A stretch of DNA of 63,828 bases, counting the filler, from Choristocarpus tenellus KU-1152 (taxonomy: Eukaryota; Protista; Phaeophyceae), in the NCBI GenBank assembly GCA_964200185.2. It is 13 parts of 13 records of this genome, joined end to end, with 100 filler letters (N's around TTAATTAATTAA, not from the genome) between each part and the next. Parts side by side here need not be neighbours in the genome. Positions count along the whole stretch, not along the records: positions 1 to 4,122 come from CAXNAD020016108.1; positions 4,223 to 9,966 come from CAXNAD020009862.1; positions 10,067 to 16,268 come from CAXNAD020008695.1; 10 more parts are not named here. The stretch is one strand, 5' to 3'. Position 1 is the stretch's first letter; each line of letters begins with the position of its first letter. Shown here one piece after another: positions 1 to 13,070 of this stretch. The notes beneath the pieces were generated by a model. The model saw only the letters and a program-made list of their open reading frames with translations, did not search any database and was not told the DNA's origin. The position numbers and the translations under genes are program-made.

Positions 1-63
1 GTGAAAATCTAAAAAAGGGAGAATAACGGACGCCGACCCCCCCCCCCCCAGATACTTTGACCC
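1..63. mobile_element. Right end of long-form (C-type) TIR element
   Basis: AACGGACGCCGAC-polyC-AGATACTTTGACCC matches the end at 11741-11780. Confidence 0.75.
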
Positions 64-3000
64 TCCATTTACCAGACTTTTTTCTCATTATCTACCGTTT
101 TCTCTCTCAACACGGATTTTTTTGCAATCCAGAGTTGCTCACTGAAACCTGGAGTAATACTTGCTATATATATCTTGTCATTCTGTTCTGCGAGAAGGAA
201 CAAGATTGGGATTTTCTCATACACTGTGTCGTTTCCCGTCGGCAAGGAGCTCGTTCAAGTGAGGCCCAGTCTCGTGCCGTGTCGTGCGCGCGTGTTTGCT
301 CTTCGAGCGTTTCAAGGTCGATAAAGGGAACCATGTCGTCCTAGTGTACCTGTCCGATTCGATGTGGTTGTGAGCGAACTTGCGTGATTCATATATACTA
401 CTTCCTTTTTGCCTTATCATAAGTTTGGAAGCATATTTTCTTCACTTGTAATATGAAGTGCGACACCTGGAAGTTTACAGTTTCTCTGGAAATGCAAAAC
501 GTTGTAACGGTTGGTCTACTACAAGCTACAAAATCAACGGCAGAAAAACGGTTACAACAATAATGAAGGTAAGGACAAAGAATGAGTAGAAGAGTGTTAT
601 TGGAGGAACGAGAGAGAAAGAAGGCGTCAGGTCCAGGACCAACACTACTCTAAAAAACCCCACCAATACTCTGTGCTCATCATCATCCATCTCATAAGAC
701 GAATGAATATTTGCAGTGTAGTAGTGTTACAGGCGCCTCTCAATGCTCACCTTTTCAGGATGTACAAGTCAAGTCCAATTAACAGATTATCGAATGTCAG
801 CTCAGCAGAACAGGGGTACTCTCAATGGAATCAATCAGTATAAAGTATATATAGTTTGGCATCAAAATAGAGAGTGAACTTATGTGGGTCTTAGGTCAGA
901 AGAACTGAGCCGCTCTGAGCCATTTTTAGGAACTCTAATCAGTTATTTACTGTTTGGGGTTTATTCGGGTTTACAAATACTGCCATATATCTGAGAACCC
1001 TTCCCGACCATCCATCCGTGACCCTCTGCAACTACCCGAGTTACAGTTTATTCTGCAAATTTTAGGCAAATCGGAGTTACCCCTTTGGGGGTTCCCCACG
1101 CGCGTATACTGCTCGCGCTGGTTAAAGCGCGGGAAGAAATCCTCGCGTTATTCGCCTGTAACAGTAGTGTTAGGGTATTGTGTACGACACGTAAGGGAGA
1201 TGATACGCACACCACCAAATAATCTGATCTTTCATGCTGGGGCACACACATGCGGACGCCGGATCAGTTCCCTACCAAGACAAAGGCCTCCTCCTAGGTG
1301 TTACGTTTGCAGAACTGCAAGCAACCTCCCATCTGCTCCACTCATCCACCAGCAATGGTATAGCTGCTTCTGCAGCTGAGGCACCAAAGCGCACCCACTA
1401 CGAGGGATCTTTGACCCTCATAGTTATAACCTCAACACTTTTGCGGTGGAATGTTTTGGGTGCCTCGGTTAGCAAGTGGAAAGTTTTCTGGATGAGCTAC
1501 CTATGCACGCGGTAGAGGGGAGGGGGGCAGGAGGTATAGCAGGAAAGGGGAGATCAAATCCTGTCTACACCAGATAGTCTTAATCACAAAGCAAGTAGCC
1601 CTATCTAAATGTGCATGCGTTTAAGGGGGGGACACCAGGGAGATGGTCAAGGAGGGGTTTGTTAGATTCTTGAGATGCTTCCCTAGGTCCTCACCCTGGG
1701 GTACAGGACTAAGGTAGGAGGCACAGGAAGGCAGTGGTGCAGCATAGTTGGTAGTAAAAAAGTAGGTTTATGTCTTACATATTTACGACAATTGTTACAT
1801 TTTTAGAGATTTTTCTGGCATGTATGTGAATAGTTTTCATTGGTTTTCCCCCTGACACATCTACAAAATGTCAGAAAGCATAGTAATAAAATGAAAACAA
1901 TACATTTGCATACCTTACACATAAATGGTACATAGAACATAGGCATAAAAATTCTGTACTACACTATCAACATTATTATTGCACGTAGCACAGTAGAAGC
2001 AGTAGTAGTAGTGCTGCATCCTGCACTCAGACAAACGTACATCGTAATAATGATTGAAGATGGACGACAAAAAACGTTTTGCATGCAACATCGAAGGTAC
2101 TTACATACAGGCAACACACACACTCGAACACATGTTTTCTGTAAATGTGCAGACACTGGTTATGGATTCTACACTCTGTTGAAGGCTCGCAAAAAGGACA
2201 AGTTAATACGTGACACATCTGTTGCTTATTTACTAGTCTATCCTTCATCAATACTGCTTCAACCCTTGATAAGAACCTTCGACAGAGTGTGAAATTCACA
2301 GCTGTCATCTGCAGGGCTTGGGTACGTGTTGGTCGTATCTAGCGACATCCCGGATAGTCCTCCAACGCCGCACATATCTCTTGGCACGCTGTCCATCGGT
2401 CCCCTTAGTGTGGGCAGATTTGTAAACCTCCGTAGATCATTCTGATTGACGTAGCGTTCAGCCCACCAATTTACAGAAGTCGATTAAGGATGCGGGCCCT
2501 AGCACCATCAGGAATTGTTAAGGTTAGGAGAGAAACGAAAATGACCGTGACTGCTCAATGCAAAGACTCCTGGTATATTTTCTAGGAAAGAACTCACGCG
2601 GATTGCCCAGTGCAAACTAATGGATCAAGCTTTACCCTCATGTTTAGTTGTGTAAGTCAACGGTTTCTTGAAAACTCGCTACTTCACTTCTGGTAGCACC
2701 GTGAATAGCAGGTAGTCAGTATTATGTTGTAGTAGAATCAATCGAGGAGGTGTGGTGAAGAGATTATCACTACAATTAGTGGTGTGTTCTAATAAAGACC
2801 AGCCTGTCATACCCTCCCAAAATCACAGGGAGCGTAACTTATCTTTAAATTGAAAGAACGCCCGTTGCATCCACCCGCAGCAGTAGTACCAGTCAAATAC
2901 CAGAAAAGACGTTTGTTATGATTGCTGTTTTAAGATTTGTATAATATTTCACTTTTTATCATTTTCTGTGTGTATTCGATGGGACCCAACAAAAAAACGA

Positions 3001-3374
3001 GGATAAAAACAGTTGCCTGTTCTTTGAGTGGGGTCTTTTCCTTTGTATCGTACGTAGTTGTTTTCTGCAAGGAGCCCTTGATATCTTTCAAGTCTTCTAT
3101 TCCAGAGTACAATCTTTCATGCTTGTACCGTCAAAAAAACTTGAAGTGATAAGTGTTACAATATTTCAATGCTGTTTGCTGTTGTGGGGTAGAGCTCGTG
3201 GTATAATCCAAACATAAAACGGAACTAATAATGAAAGTATGTGTACTATCATACCACAGTAGCTGTGAGTGTTGTACATGCAATATATGCTGCTACTACA
3301 ATCATCTCGCTATATCTAAATTAATGAAAGACATTTCCTCACCATCCACAACTCCTATGATAAAAAGTCACATA

Positions 3375-3633
3375 GAGTCAAAGTATCTTAGAGGGTAGAG
3401 CCGCATCCATTTGGAGGCCAAAATCGAATGTTGCAATTTTGATGTAATTTTGCCTATCATGTTTGTTAGGAAGTGTCAATATCCTTGTTCCGGACACACC
3501 TTTTCATAACGTACACATTTTATATACTCCGAAAAATTTTGGAGTAGATAAAATGTCATTAAAAACCCGTGGGAAGCCAAGCCTCAAATGGACAAACAGG
3601 GAAAAACTTGTACACTCTAAGATACTTTCACTC
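3375..3633. mobile_element. MITE family A (~258 bp)
   Basis: TIRs GAGTCAAAGTATCTTAGAGGGTA...TACACTCTAAGATACTTTCACTC; 3-bp TSD ATA. Confidence 0.93.
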
Positions 3634-4122
3634 ATACGCACATAGAGAGTACTGAGATACATACGACACAAAGTAAGTGCAACCACACGTGCCTTGTGCC
3701 AATTTTTTATGCATCCATCTATCGCGTATGTCCAAACTGCAGGCATTGTCCCGTAACAAGCACTAACTCATTGCAACCAAAACATTAATGACTCTTCCAT
3801 GCAAAACTCTCCTGTTGATCTTAATTAGAATTCAAGGCACAACAGGAGTCAACTCAGGTTGAGGCACACTCCCATACAAATTCTACCTCGTGGCATACAG
3901 CGGCATCCTATCTTAGAGGGGGGCCTATTTTTATGCCCTTCTGGCCTTTGAGGCCTTTTCTAATGTTCTGCCTGACAACCACAAAACCGTACCTTCAATG
4001 CAGTAAACTTTCACTTGGAAGGTCGTAGCTGTAGCAGAGTGTCCACATCAGCACCAAGTTACCTCCTTCGAAGTACTATAAATCATTGCAATGACCCAAA
4101 GTAACCGGGAGGGGGGGGGGGG

Positions 4123-4222
4123 NNNNNNNNNNNNNNNNNNNNNNNNNNNNNNNNNNNNNNNNNNNNTTAATTAATTAANNNNNNNNNNNNNNNNNNNNNN
4201 NNNNNNNNNNNNNNNNNNNNNN
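4123..4222. other. Artificial contig linker (N-run + TTAATTAATTAA + N-run), first of 12
   Basis: Same ~100-bp spacer at 4123-4222, 9967-10066, 16269-16368, 20364-20463, 24109-24208, 31617-31716, ~39717-39816, 42414-42513, 49094-49193, 53026-53125, 57932-58031 and 61081-61180. TTAATTAATTAA gives stops in all six frames. Confidence 0.97.
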
Positions 4223-4262
4223 CGAATAGTAGTCGTCAATCTTGAAGGATGCAGGTATTATT

Positions 4263-4438
4263 GACCCAAAGTATCTGGGGGGGGGGGGGGTCTACACCAG
4301 GGTGTCCATTTGGACCATGACCAGGAAAAGGGCACTTACATTATCCATTTCACATATGCAACCATATCACCAAAAAATCGCAACATGAAAAAATTGACCC
4401 CAAATGGACAGCCGCCACCCCCCCAGATACTTTGAGCC
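4263..4438. mobile_element. MITE family B (~180 bp, poly-G/poly-C subtermini)
   Basis: GACCCAAAGTATCTGGGG...CCCCAGATACTTTGAGCC; 3-bp TSD ATT. Confidence 0.93.
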
Positions 4439-5176
4439 ATTGGTAGTGGGAATAATATCAGTCAAAACTGGCAGAATGTTGGGACAATACATAGTTTGCT
4501 GGAGTTGGGTTTGCTGATGATAGTGTTCACTACTATAGACTAAAAATACCGAAAATGTTTTGGGTCATTCTGTCTTTAAGCCGGTCTAGTTAGCCTCATT
4601 TGAATATATATTTTTATTGTACTTTTTATGCTGAAACCCCTTGGTTAGAAAGTGAAGGAATGTAAAGAATGCTCAGCAGCGTAGGTTTATATGCTTGGTG
4701 GTACCACTAAAGATCAAGATGACGAGAAGAGATGACAGATGCCCGCACAGTGTATGGGAATACAAAATGTGCTAACCTTCGAGACCAGGGCCGCCAGTAA
4801 GACACAACAGAAACGATGACAACATATTATGTTCAACACTATATATTGTCTCTGTTCATCGATCGAAAGGGTGTGCGCACAAAACAACCCCCTTTGTGAG
4901 ACTCGAAACAAGGGTATATGCACACGAAGCACATAATAGGAGAAGGAATAGCCGTTAGTGGGTTATAGCACCTCTATCATGATAAATTTTCCGAGCAGAA
5001 ACAAACTAGTAGTAGTGAAGAAAATGCCACGCTCTAAAAAAACGAGCGCATTTCCACCTTAAAATTGTTGGTTTTACTTGTCCAGAGCCAGCTGCTGCTC
5101 ACGGGTACTCCCTGGTCTGTGCTGCAGCATTCTGCAATGAGTTCGACATTCTGCTTGGTGCAATTGTCCCACTTCA

Positions 5177-5357
5177 GGCTCAAAGTATCTGGGGGAGGGG
5201 GTGGCGGCTGTCCATTTTGGACCAATTTTTCATGTCTTGATTTTTGGGTGATTTGATTCCATACGTAGGATGGATAATGGAAGTGCACTTTTCCTGGTTT
5301 TGGTTCAAATGGACACTCTGGTGTAGACTCCCCCTCCCCCCCCAGATACTTTGGGTC
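5177..5357. mobile_element. MITE family B (opposite orientation to 4263)
   Basis: GGCTCAAAGTATCT...AGATACTTTGGGTC; 4-bp TSD TTCA. Confidence 0.93.
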
Positions 5358-7590
5358 TTCACCCCTTAGGGGAGGTCACCTCACCCCTATGTCGTGTTTA
5401 TCGTATAATGGAGTTTGTACTTGGAAAAGGTGCCTCATATGATAAACTGATTTTCAAACCGCCAGTATTACCCTCTGCCCTCAAATGCCCTATGGAGGGA
5501 CTAGTATCACGGGTCACTGGTCATGCCAAGGGGTATATCCATTCAAGGCTTGGGTGTACCATCCAGCCTGGGGCACGTTTCCAACTCTACCCTGCTGCGA
5601 CAACACCCTCCCCACCTACTCACCTACCTGAAGAACGCCTTCATCAACCCCACTCTTGAACATGTACTACAGCAACCCTAATGGCAAGGAGTCGCCCCTG
5701 CCATAACCTTCATACCCTATGCCCTACACGATTTTCCCAACATTGTCCATGCGGATGTGGAGGAGAGGACATTCTTTTCCCCTGACCCTCTGAATGAAGG
5801 GCGTCCCAAGCCTTTGTTCCAATCGGGATTTACCAACCGATCCTCATATGCTACAACCTACGGCATAAGCTTATGGAGGCGTTATCTGCTGCTTGAGTGT
5901 TGGAGGATGGGTCAATATGAACACTACTTTCCAAGTGTAGAAGACATGAGGGAACTCGCCTCTATGCGTTTTTTTGTCAGGTGGGAAATGGACTGAGTGA
6001 GTGAGACCTCTCAAGGATTCGGTTAGTGAGTTTAGAGAGAGTTTTTGTGTGAACAACATCACAAGCACTTTTTGTGTAGGTAAAAAAGAGATGGTCCGCA
6101 ATTGGAAGGGTTGCTTGCATGGTTAGTTGAACCTTCACATGAAGTACTTACCACTTCATCAGTATTTACCTGGGCATATACTTCAGAGCACAGAGTACAC
6201 GTATCACTTGAGGTCCAATCAGATTGAAAAAAGGATTCCTCAGAAATCGGTGTACCACCAACGTTTTTACCATTACGCTACCTCCTTTCGGACAATACGT
6301 CCACTACCCAACCCCAATCATTTTCCATGTTCTCATTTCACTGCTTGATTCTCATCTTACACGAGGAAAAACTCACCAAAAATTGATGTTGCAATGAGGA
6401 CACTCCATGTAGAAACTTCCTCAAACACTTACACACAAAGGACAACCCACCCACAAGGATGGGGATATCAAGGAGGAAACGGTGTACACATGAACAGTTA
6501 CGAAAGTATTGTTCCACACATGTGGGCGTGAATTATCTCCCTCCTGTACTTCTTAACATAGCAAAATATGTTCCTCAGAAGGCTGTTACATGAGTCCCAA
6601 ATTTTCATTGACACCCCCGACTAAGCTTGGATGGCTCTTTCCCTGACAAGTCGTATCATCCTGCCCACCAAAGTTAGCATAGGTACACAACACTCTGCTA
6701 TGAGGAGTATGCACCAACTTCATTGTCACACCCTCCCTTGTATTTAGATCAAAGACATAACCTCACTTGGGGACACCGTCTGTTGAAGCATAGGAATTGC
6801 ACTCAACAACTACTACTTTGAATTTACATAAAAGATTTTGCAGTTGAAAGACATTCTTCTGTTGAAAAAACATTTCAAAACCTTACAAGTATGTTTAAGT
6901 GCATACGGTCTGTAAAAACCCTCATGATATCATCTAAAACTTAACTAAAAACTGTGCGGAGGAGTATCATTTGTTTCCATTTCATATGCAAATCAAGAGG
7001 CAGGCCTTCTTACCCTAAAGCTCAACTACAACAACAAAAAGAAAGCATGCAGGCAGTACTCTCTGGAGCCAGATCTAGTTGAATTGTGGGTATCATCATG
7101 CTTGTAACATCGATAGCGCATTCGGTAACGCGTTGATTGACAAACTACAGTCCAGTGATGCAACGTATTTACAAACACAGGACAGGTATCACAAATTTCA
7201 ACTCATGATACCCATGTAAATGAGACACTAAGGACGTACTAATGCTTAAATGAGGAAAATTCGACAGGTCAGGACAAATATGTTCATTCCAACACATACT
7301 CTCCACAAGTTGCACCATGACTTCTACCCCCAAGAGTGCTTCAAGGTTCCACGTGGCAGTGAATTAATCGTACTACCTATATACATAACAGTACTTCACT
7401 ACTGAATACTCCAACACAGTACATATCTCATTTCCTCCCCCCTCAACACGATACCATCTACTGACCTGCCCTACCCTCAAGTACCATGCCTCACTTGATA
7501 TTTCTTGGACACAAACAAACGAACAAACACACAGCACACAATACGCAGGGAGGGGAGGGACCCAAATATTCAATCCCGTTACCTCAGCAG

Positions 7591-7660
7591 CAAGTCAAGA
7601 CATGTCAAACAAGTCAAGACATGTCAAACAAGTCAAGACATGTCAAACAAGTCGAGACAT
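7591..7660. repeat. 19-bp minisatellite, ~3.5 copies
   Basis: CAAGTCAAGACATGTCAAA repeated in tandem. Confidence 0.9.
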
Positions 7661-8324
7661 AGTTAGCTACTGCTGTCTCCTACCACCACACCGCTTGCAT
7701 CAGTTCTGTATTAAGGCCTCTTCTCTCCTTGCTCACACTACAACACACACCCAAGGGCCCATTGCTTTGGATTGGAGGAGATTGACAAGGTGTTGCTCTG
7801 TTGCTGTTGTGGGGGGCTTTCCCCTCCTGCTGTGTTCCCATGCGAATATCATGAATGTCACTCTCTTACTAGCCTGTGGGCAATGCATCAGGCATTTCTC
7901 TAGATACATGAAAATCCAGCATGTACCTTCTTGGGGTAACATGGAATCAATAGATAGTTTTCCAATAGTGACGACTGCTCTACAACACAACAACAAAACC
8001 CCAGTTCACAATCTCACTCTACTTCTCCTTGAGAGGAGTGTCCAAAGTGAGGTGTTCCACAAAGAGTCCTACGGAATCATTTCCCTGCATCAACACAATT
8101 CTTACTTGATGGGATGTGCATTGTATGTACGTCAAGTTGTCAAGGCTATCCCTAGGAGCAACACATCACACATAGAAACACAGCACAATCACCCCCCCAA
8201 CCCCACCCCCCCACCTACCTCCCCCAATCCCAAGACAATTTTCAAGACAGTCTTCAGCACCATTGCAAATATCAGCATGGCACTCGTCACAGAACCTCTA
8301 ACAGAGAAGCGTAACAACACGAAC

Positions 8325-8364
8325 AGACTCCCCTCTTAGGGTTAGGGTTAGACTCCCCTCTTAG
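8325..8364 (+). repeat. Short interstitial telomeric insertion flanked by a 15-bp direct duplication
   Basis: AGACTCCCCTCTTAG + GGTTAGGGTT + AGACTCCCCTCTTAG. Confidence 0.85.
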
Positions 8365-8437
8365 TCACAACTCAAAACACAGGATCAGCGCTCTCTGGTT
8401 GGAAAGTTTTGATCACGAGTTTCCTCACAAAACTACC

Positions 8438-8510
8438 TTAAAGGAAGTAATCAGGCGTTCGTCTGGTGACATGCGGCTCCCCTCTCCGTGGTGCTGGGTC
8501 AAACTGGAGG
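8438..8510 (-). CDS. PPP2CA: Serine/threonine protein phosphatase 2A catalytic subunit, last coding exon (upstream exons not found in this contig)
   Basis: After a CAG acceptor the minus strand reads (F)LQFDPAPRRGEPHVTRRTPDYFL-stop, the conserved PP2A-C tail ending TPDYFL. Too short to appear in the ORF track. Confidence 0.96.
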
Positions 8511-10066
8511 CTGAGTAGGGATGGATATCAATAGAAACCAACACAGGTGTAAGGTTAAGGAAGAACAGTTAGAAGAGGTTAAATTAAAAAAAGAGGGGAT
8601 AGAAATAAGAATTGTGTACCACACACACACACACACACACAAAGAATTCCCATTGTGGCATGTAAAACATCAAAGTTAGGAATAATACAAAATTATACCA
8701 CTAAGAGATCACCAACATGATAATAATAATAAAAATTACAGGCAAACGCATCTCATCAACTACCAAAACCAGAGCACTACTTCAAAAACACAGTTCCCAC
8801 AATAATCCCACAACGACCTGCACCATGTGCCATGAACACAACATAAGAACACAGTATTCGAAAGAAGCCAACCTCTTCACATCCATCACACACCATACCT
8901 ACCTACCTCACACCAATTACACAACTAGAACGTATGGAGTTGAGATGGCACCAATGCCAAGTAAGGTCCACCTTGTGCAAGTACACATCCAATTGCGCAC
9001 AAACTTGTAACTGCCATCTTATCTTCAACTACAAGATGACCACGGGTCCAAGCCCTCCTCTTCCTCACACAGACCTCAGTTATTTTATTATTTTTGGAAC
9101 CATTCCCCTTGCTGACTACTCCTCAACATACTCTGTAATGCATATTTTTTTCACACCTTTCTACACCTAATATAAATAAAGATGCTGAAATGCACTGCGG
9201 CACCTAATATAACCCTCTCAATAAAAAGGCAACATAAAACACCACCACATATTGTCACAATTCTTCTCAGGGATCTACATATTACGGTCCCACTTCAACT
9301 GCCCAGTCAGTTCCTGGCAGTGAAGATTTAACCAACTATATATAATGCTATGTGTAACTGTCAAATATGTTGACACGATACCAACCATCACTGTTGTCTT
9401 TGTCACGGCACTATTAAGATGGGAGCATGAACCTTCAACAACTGTAACAACAACAACTGGGGCTACTACTTTCTACTCAACTCTCTAAAAAAATAACACT
9501 ACTGCATATTGTATGTGCCTATCACCTAGATCTTGATATGTTTGTGCAGTGCCCTATTAAAAAAGAATAGTGCAATAGACCAGGGCATAAGTCAGAAGAT
9601 TGAACACTAACCACCATACTACAAACACCATAAATAATTACAATATTCTTGTTGTTTGTATAATTACAGTCAGTGTACCATGGCACAATAAAGTTACGTC
9701 AAATACAACCCAGCACGGCATTAAAAGAACTGGACAGTGGTACCATCATTATTGTACAAGAATACTATCTGGACAGTAGAGTACATAAGGCGAATAGCAC
9801 CTACCATTACCATGGTACTATTATTAGAGTACTATTATTAGAGTACTATTACGGAATTATTATGGTAATGCATGTTTCTTCGATTTTTCCACAGTTGCCA
9901 TCAGTTCAGTCATAGATTCCCAACAAAAGGATTGCGGTATGGACCAGGGTCAAAGAATCTGGGGGGNNNNNNNNNNNNNNNNNNNNNNNNNNNNNNNNNN
10001 NNNNNNNNNNTTAATTAATTAANNNNNNNNNNNNNNNNNNNNNNNNNNNNNNNNNNNNNNNNNNNN

Positions 10067-10120
10067 GTCCAAATGGACACCCTGGTGTAGACCCCCCCCA
10101 CCTCCCAGATACTTTGGGTC
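10067..10120. mobile_element. MITE family B, partial end at contig edge
   Basis: GTCCAAATGGACACCCTGGTGTAGAC-polyC-AGATACTTTGGGTC. Confidence 0.85.
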
Positions 10121-10899
10121 ATCTTGAGGATTAGACCTGTGTTCTTATTTTTTTTAACAAAGCGTGTCCAATCCAAGGGTCAGACTACAAAAATATAAAA
10201 TATTTTATTAACAACCCTTCTCCATCTTTTCCAGTAAGTTTCCAATAAATTCACCAAGGCCTGCGATGGATATGCTGTCTTCTTACCAACCACTAATTAT
10301 TCCTTGAACCCTACTGCCTAGCTCCCCCCTGCTTCTCAATACTCTATGCACTATCTCATGCTTTGTCCAAGTGTCAACAAACGAGGACCAATCCCGTCCT
10401 CCTTCAAATCTTGGAGTAACATATCCCGAAGTCAATGTCCGATGCTCCTAAGAAAACCAACCCTGAGCCTACCCCAAACACGTGTCATGAAATCGACGAA
10501 TGGCCTGGATCGCCAACCCCGCACACTGACACTAATCATAACCTTACCCTAACAGCCCATCTGCATCCCATGGCAACCTAGAATTGACAATTGTCTTACC
10601 TGAATTACGTGCCAGTGCCGTCATCAACCCTACTTACGCCAAACCAACCCTAGCTCATCAGGATTTAATCAACCCACTAACATTAACCCCGAATCAAGGG
10701 AAGCGTACCTTAAGATACTTCCAGCGAAACGTTCGACAATAGACCTTGACCAATAACCCTTTGTGAACACATCCAGAATCCGTCGACGCATTATAGCAAA
10801 GAAAACTACACTAACCCAAAAGCAAAACCTAACCCTTTTCCCTTACTTCATGCCAACAACTTTAACCCTAACACCCTGACCGACAACCCCATCTGTGTA

Positions 10900-11780
10900 C
10901 ATACTAAACCCGACACATGCAAGCAAATTTACGAAATACCAAATTAAAAATAGTACATGGATTATTTTTTAATTCCTCGTGCACACAGCAGGACAACAGA
11001 CCGTAAAAAATAGTCCTCTTTATGTACATACCAGACACGATTCATGCAAGCAAATAAACAAAAAAACTAACCTCGACACAGTCAATGGTCTTTTTTTCAA
11101 TTCCTTGTGTTAACACTGGGACAACACACCATAACCGACCGCCTTCTTAATGTGCTAACCAAATCCCACTCATGCAACCAAACAAATCAATATCTAACCC
11201 TGAAACAACCAGTGGCATATCTCTCATTCTTCATCCTAACTATACGACCAACAAGCACCAACCAACAAGCCTGTTTGAACATATTCGAAATTCGACACAT
11301 GCAAACGTTGAAACTCCTACCCAACCCCAAATAAATGGTGGCATGGAGTCAAAGTATCTTAGAGGGTAGAGCCGTGTCCGTTTGGCGTCCAAAATCAAAT
11401 GTTGCGATATTGATGTAATTTTGGCTATCGTGTTCGTTAGGAAGTGTCAATATCCTTGTTCCGGACACACCTTTTCATAGAGTATACATTTTCCTTCTCC
11501 GAAATGTTTCCGAGTAGGAAAACGTCATAATAAAACTCGTGGGAAGCCAAACTCCAAACGTACAAACAGGGCAAACCTCATACCCTCTAAGATACTTCCA
11601 CTCATATATTCTCATTCATCGTGCGTATGTAAGGTCAGAAGGGAACCTAACCAACAGCCCTCTTTCTTTTTCCCACATTGCAAATCCGACACATGCAACC
11701 AAATCACACCAAAAAATGAAAATCGATAAAAGGGTCAAAAACGGACGTCGACACCCCCCCCTCCCCAGACACTTTGACCC
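10900..11780. mobile_element. Long-form (C-type) TIR element: subterminal region and right TIR, with a nested family A MITE
   Basis: ~10970-11300 is homologous to ~62840-63175; recurring CGACACATGCAA motif; ends CCCCAGACACTTTGACCC. Left boundary uncertain. Confidence 0.75.
11346..11603. mobile_element. MITE family A, nested in the C-type element
   Basis: Family A TIRs; flanks ATG/ATA (imperfect 3-bp TSD). Confidence 0.92.
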
Positions 11781-11784
11781 TCTT

Positions 11785-13070
11785 GTTTGGGAGAAATACA
11801 AGGGACATAATGCTTACACATATGAAGCATGGTTAGCTTTGCACTTAATACAATCATACACAAAATGAACAACAACACACATTACTAACAATTCACAACA
11901 AACCACTTACACCGCTTCATACCAATGACACCTCACCTGTGTGAGAATATACATTCATAGTATACATAAACAATAAATATCTAACCATCAATAAGAAGTA
12001 CTCTTCAACCTACACGCCTCATCTAATCCCTTCTAGTATTTTACATAAAAAGTCTACCTCAACAGTACACACAACCGATTCACAAAATAAGAATCTTTGC
12101 TTTTATACACCAGACAATATACATACACACCGAAATAAACTAGACCACGCTACATACCTTATCAACCCACCATTCACATCCACACAACAAACACAATGTC
12201 ACATCCATCACGGACCAGTCAATACCATCTAAATGTCTTCTTCTACGGAATAACAAATCTGATACTTAAACAGTACGCCTACAAATCACACAACAAATAG
12301 ACTACGTCAAATATATACAAATAACAATGTCAAACCATCAACCTTACATCTATATACAGAAAACACACACTACTTAGTTTATTATAGCTGAGATCGAGAT
12401 CTTGGAGCTTGAGAGGCCACCGAGAGATGATGGTATGTCTCCTGTTTGAGAAGAAATACAAGGCATATACTGTTTACATACAGGAAATGTTAGCTTTGCA
12501 CTTAACAACACAATCATACACAAAATGAACAACAACGCACATCACTAACAATTCACAACAACCGCCTACACCGCTTCACATCAATGCAAATCACATGTGT
12601 TATATTATATTTGGGATTAATTTTCATGGAACGGTACTTATTTACTCTCTTGTAGTCCTTAATATCAAAACATTTATCTTAGCAGTACCTATCCAACTGA
12701 GCAAGAAAATATACTCTACTGTGTTCACCTCAAAACAAAACGTGGATAAGATCATAATATTATAGATTGAGACAAGAGACACAATCAAGTCACACGTGAC
12801 ATCCACTCAGTAAACACCCTGCGACATTTAGCGTAAACCATTCAATACTATCTAAGTGTCTTGCTTAAGGGAAAATTTACTTATATATTGATGCATCTGC
12901 CGCTATACGTGAAATGGATGAACACAATGCTTGACGTATGAAGCACTCTGATAGCATCACCTTTTGATGTAAGAATGATACTGCTCGTTTTGTTCAAAGA
13001 GTCAGTGTAAAATGGAGTATTTTTTAGAGACGGTCATATCTGTAATGTTTGGGAAGAAATACAAGTCACA
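11785..13070. repeat. Diverged tandem duplication, ~600-660-bp unit
   Basis: TGTTTGGGAGAAATACAAGG...GTTAGCTTTGCACTTAA...CAATCATACACAAAATGAACAACAAC at ~11785 and ~12443; the unit start recurs at ~13046. Confidence 0.75.

Noticed and set aside
4167-4178. TTAATTAATTAA as a biological motif
   Set aside because: Always centred in identical N-runs; an assembly spacer.
5360-6900. Coding-like decayed sequence (similar stretches at ~21750-22350, ~24760-25380, ~26600-27900, ~35500-36580, ~38800-39600, ~59600-61080)
   Set aside because: Stops in all frames and no motif I can recognise; needs BLASTX/HMM searches before any call.
7602-8339. 245-aa ORF
   Set aside because: Starts in a minisatellite, ends in the telomeric insert, lies antisense to the PP2A 3' region and has no recognisable domain.
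9947-10120. A single element spanning the gap
   Set aside because: The left end is GGGTC-type and the right end is family B; flanks CCA/ATC give no TSD.
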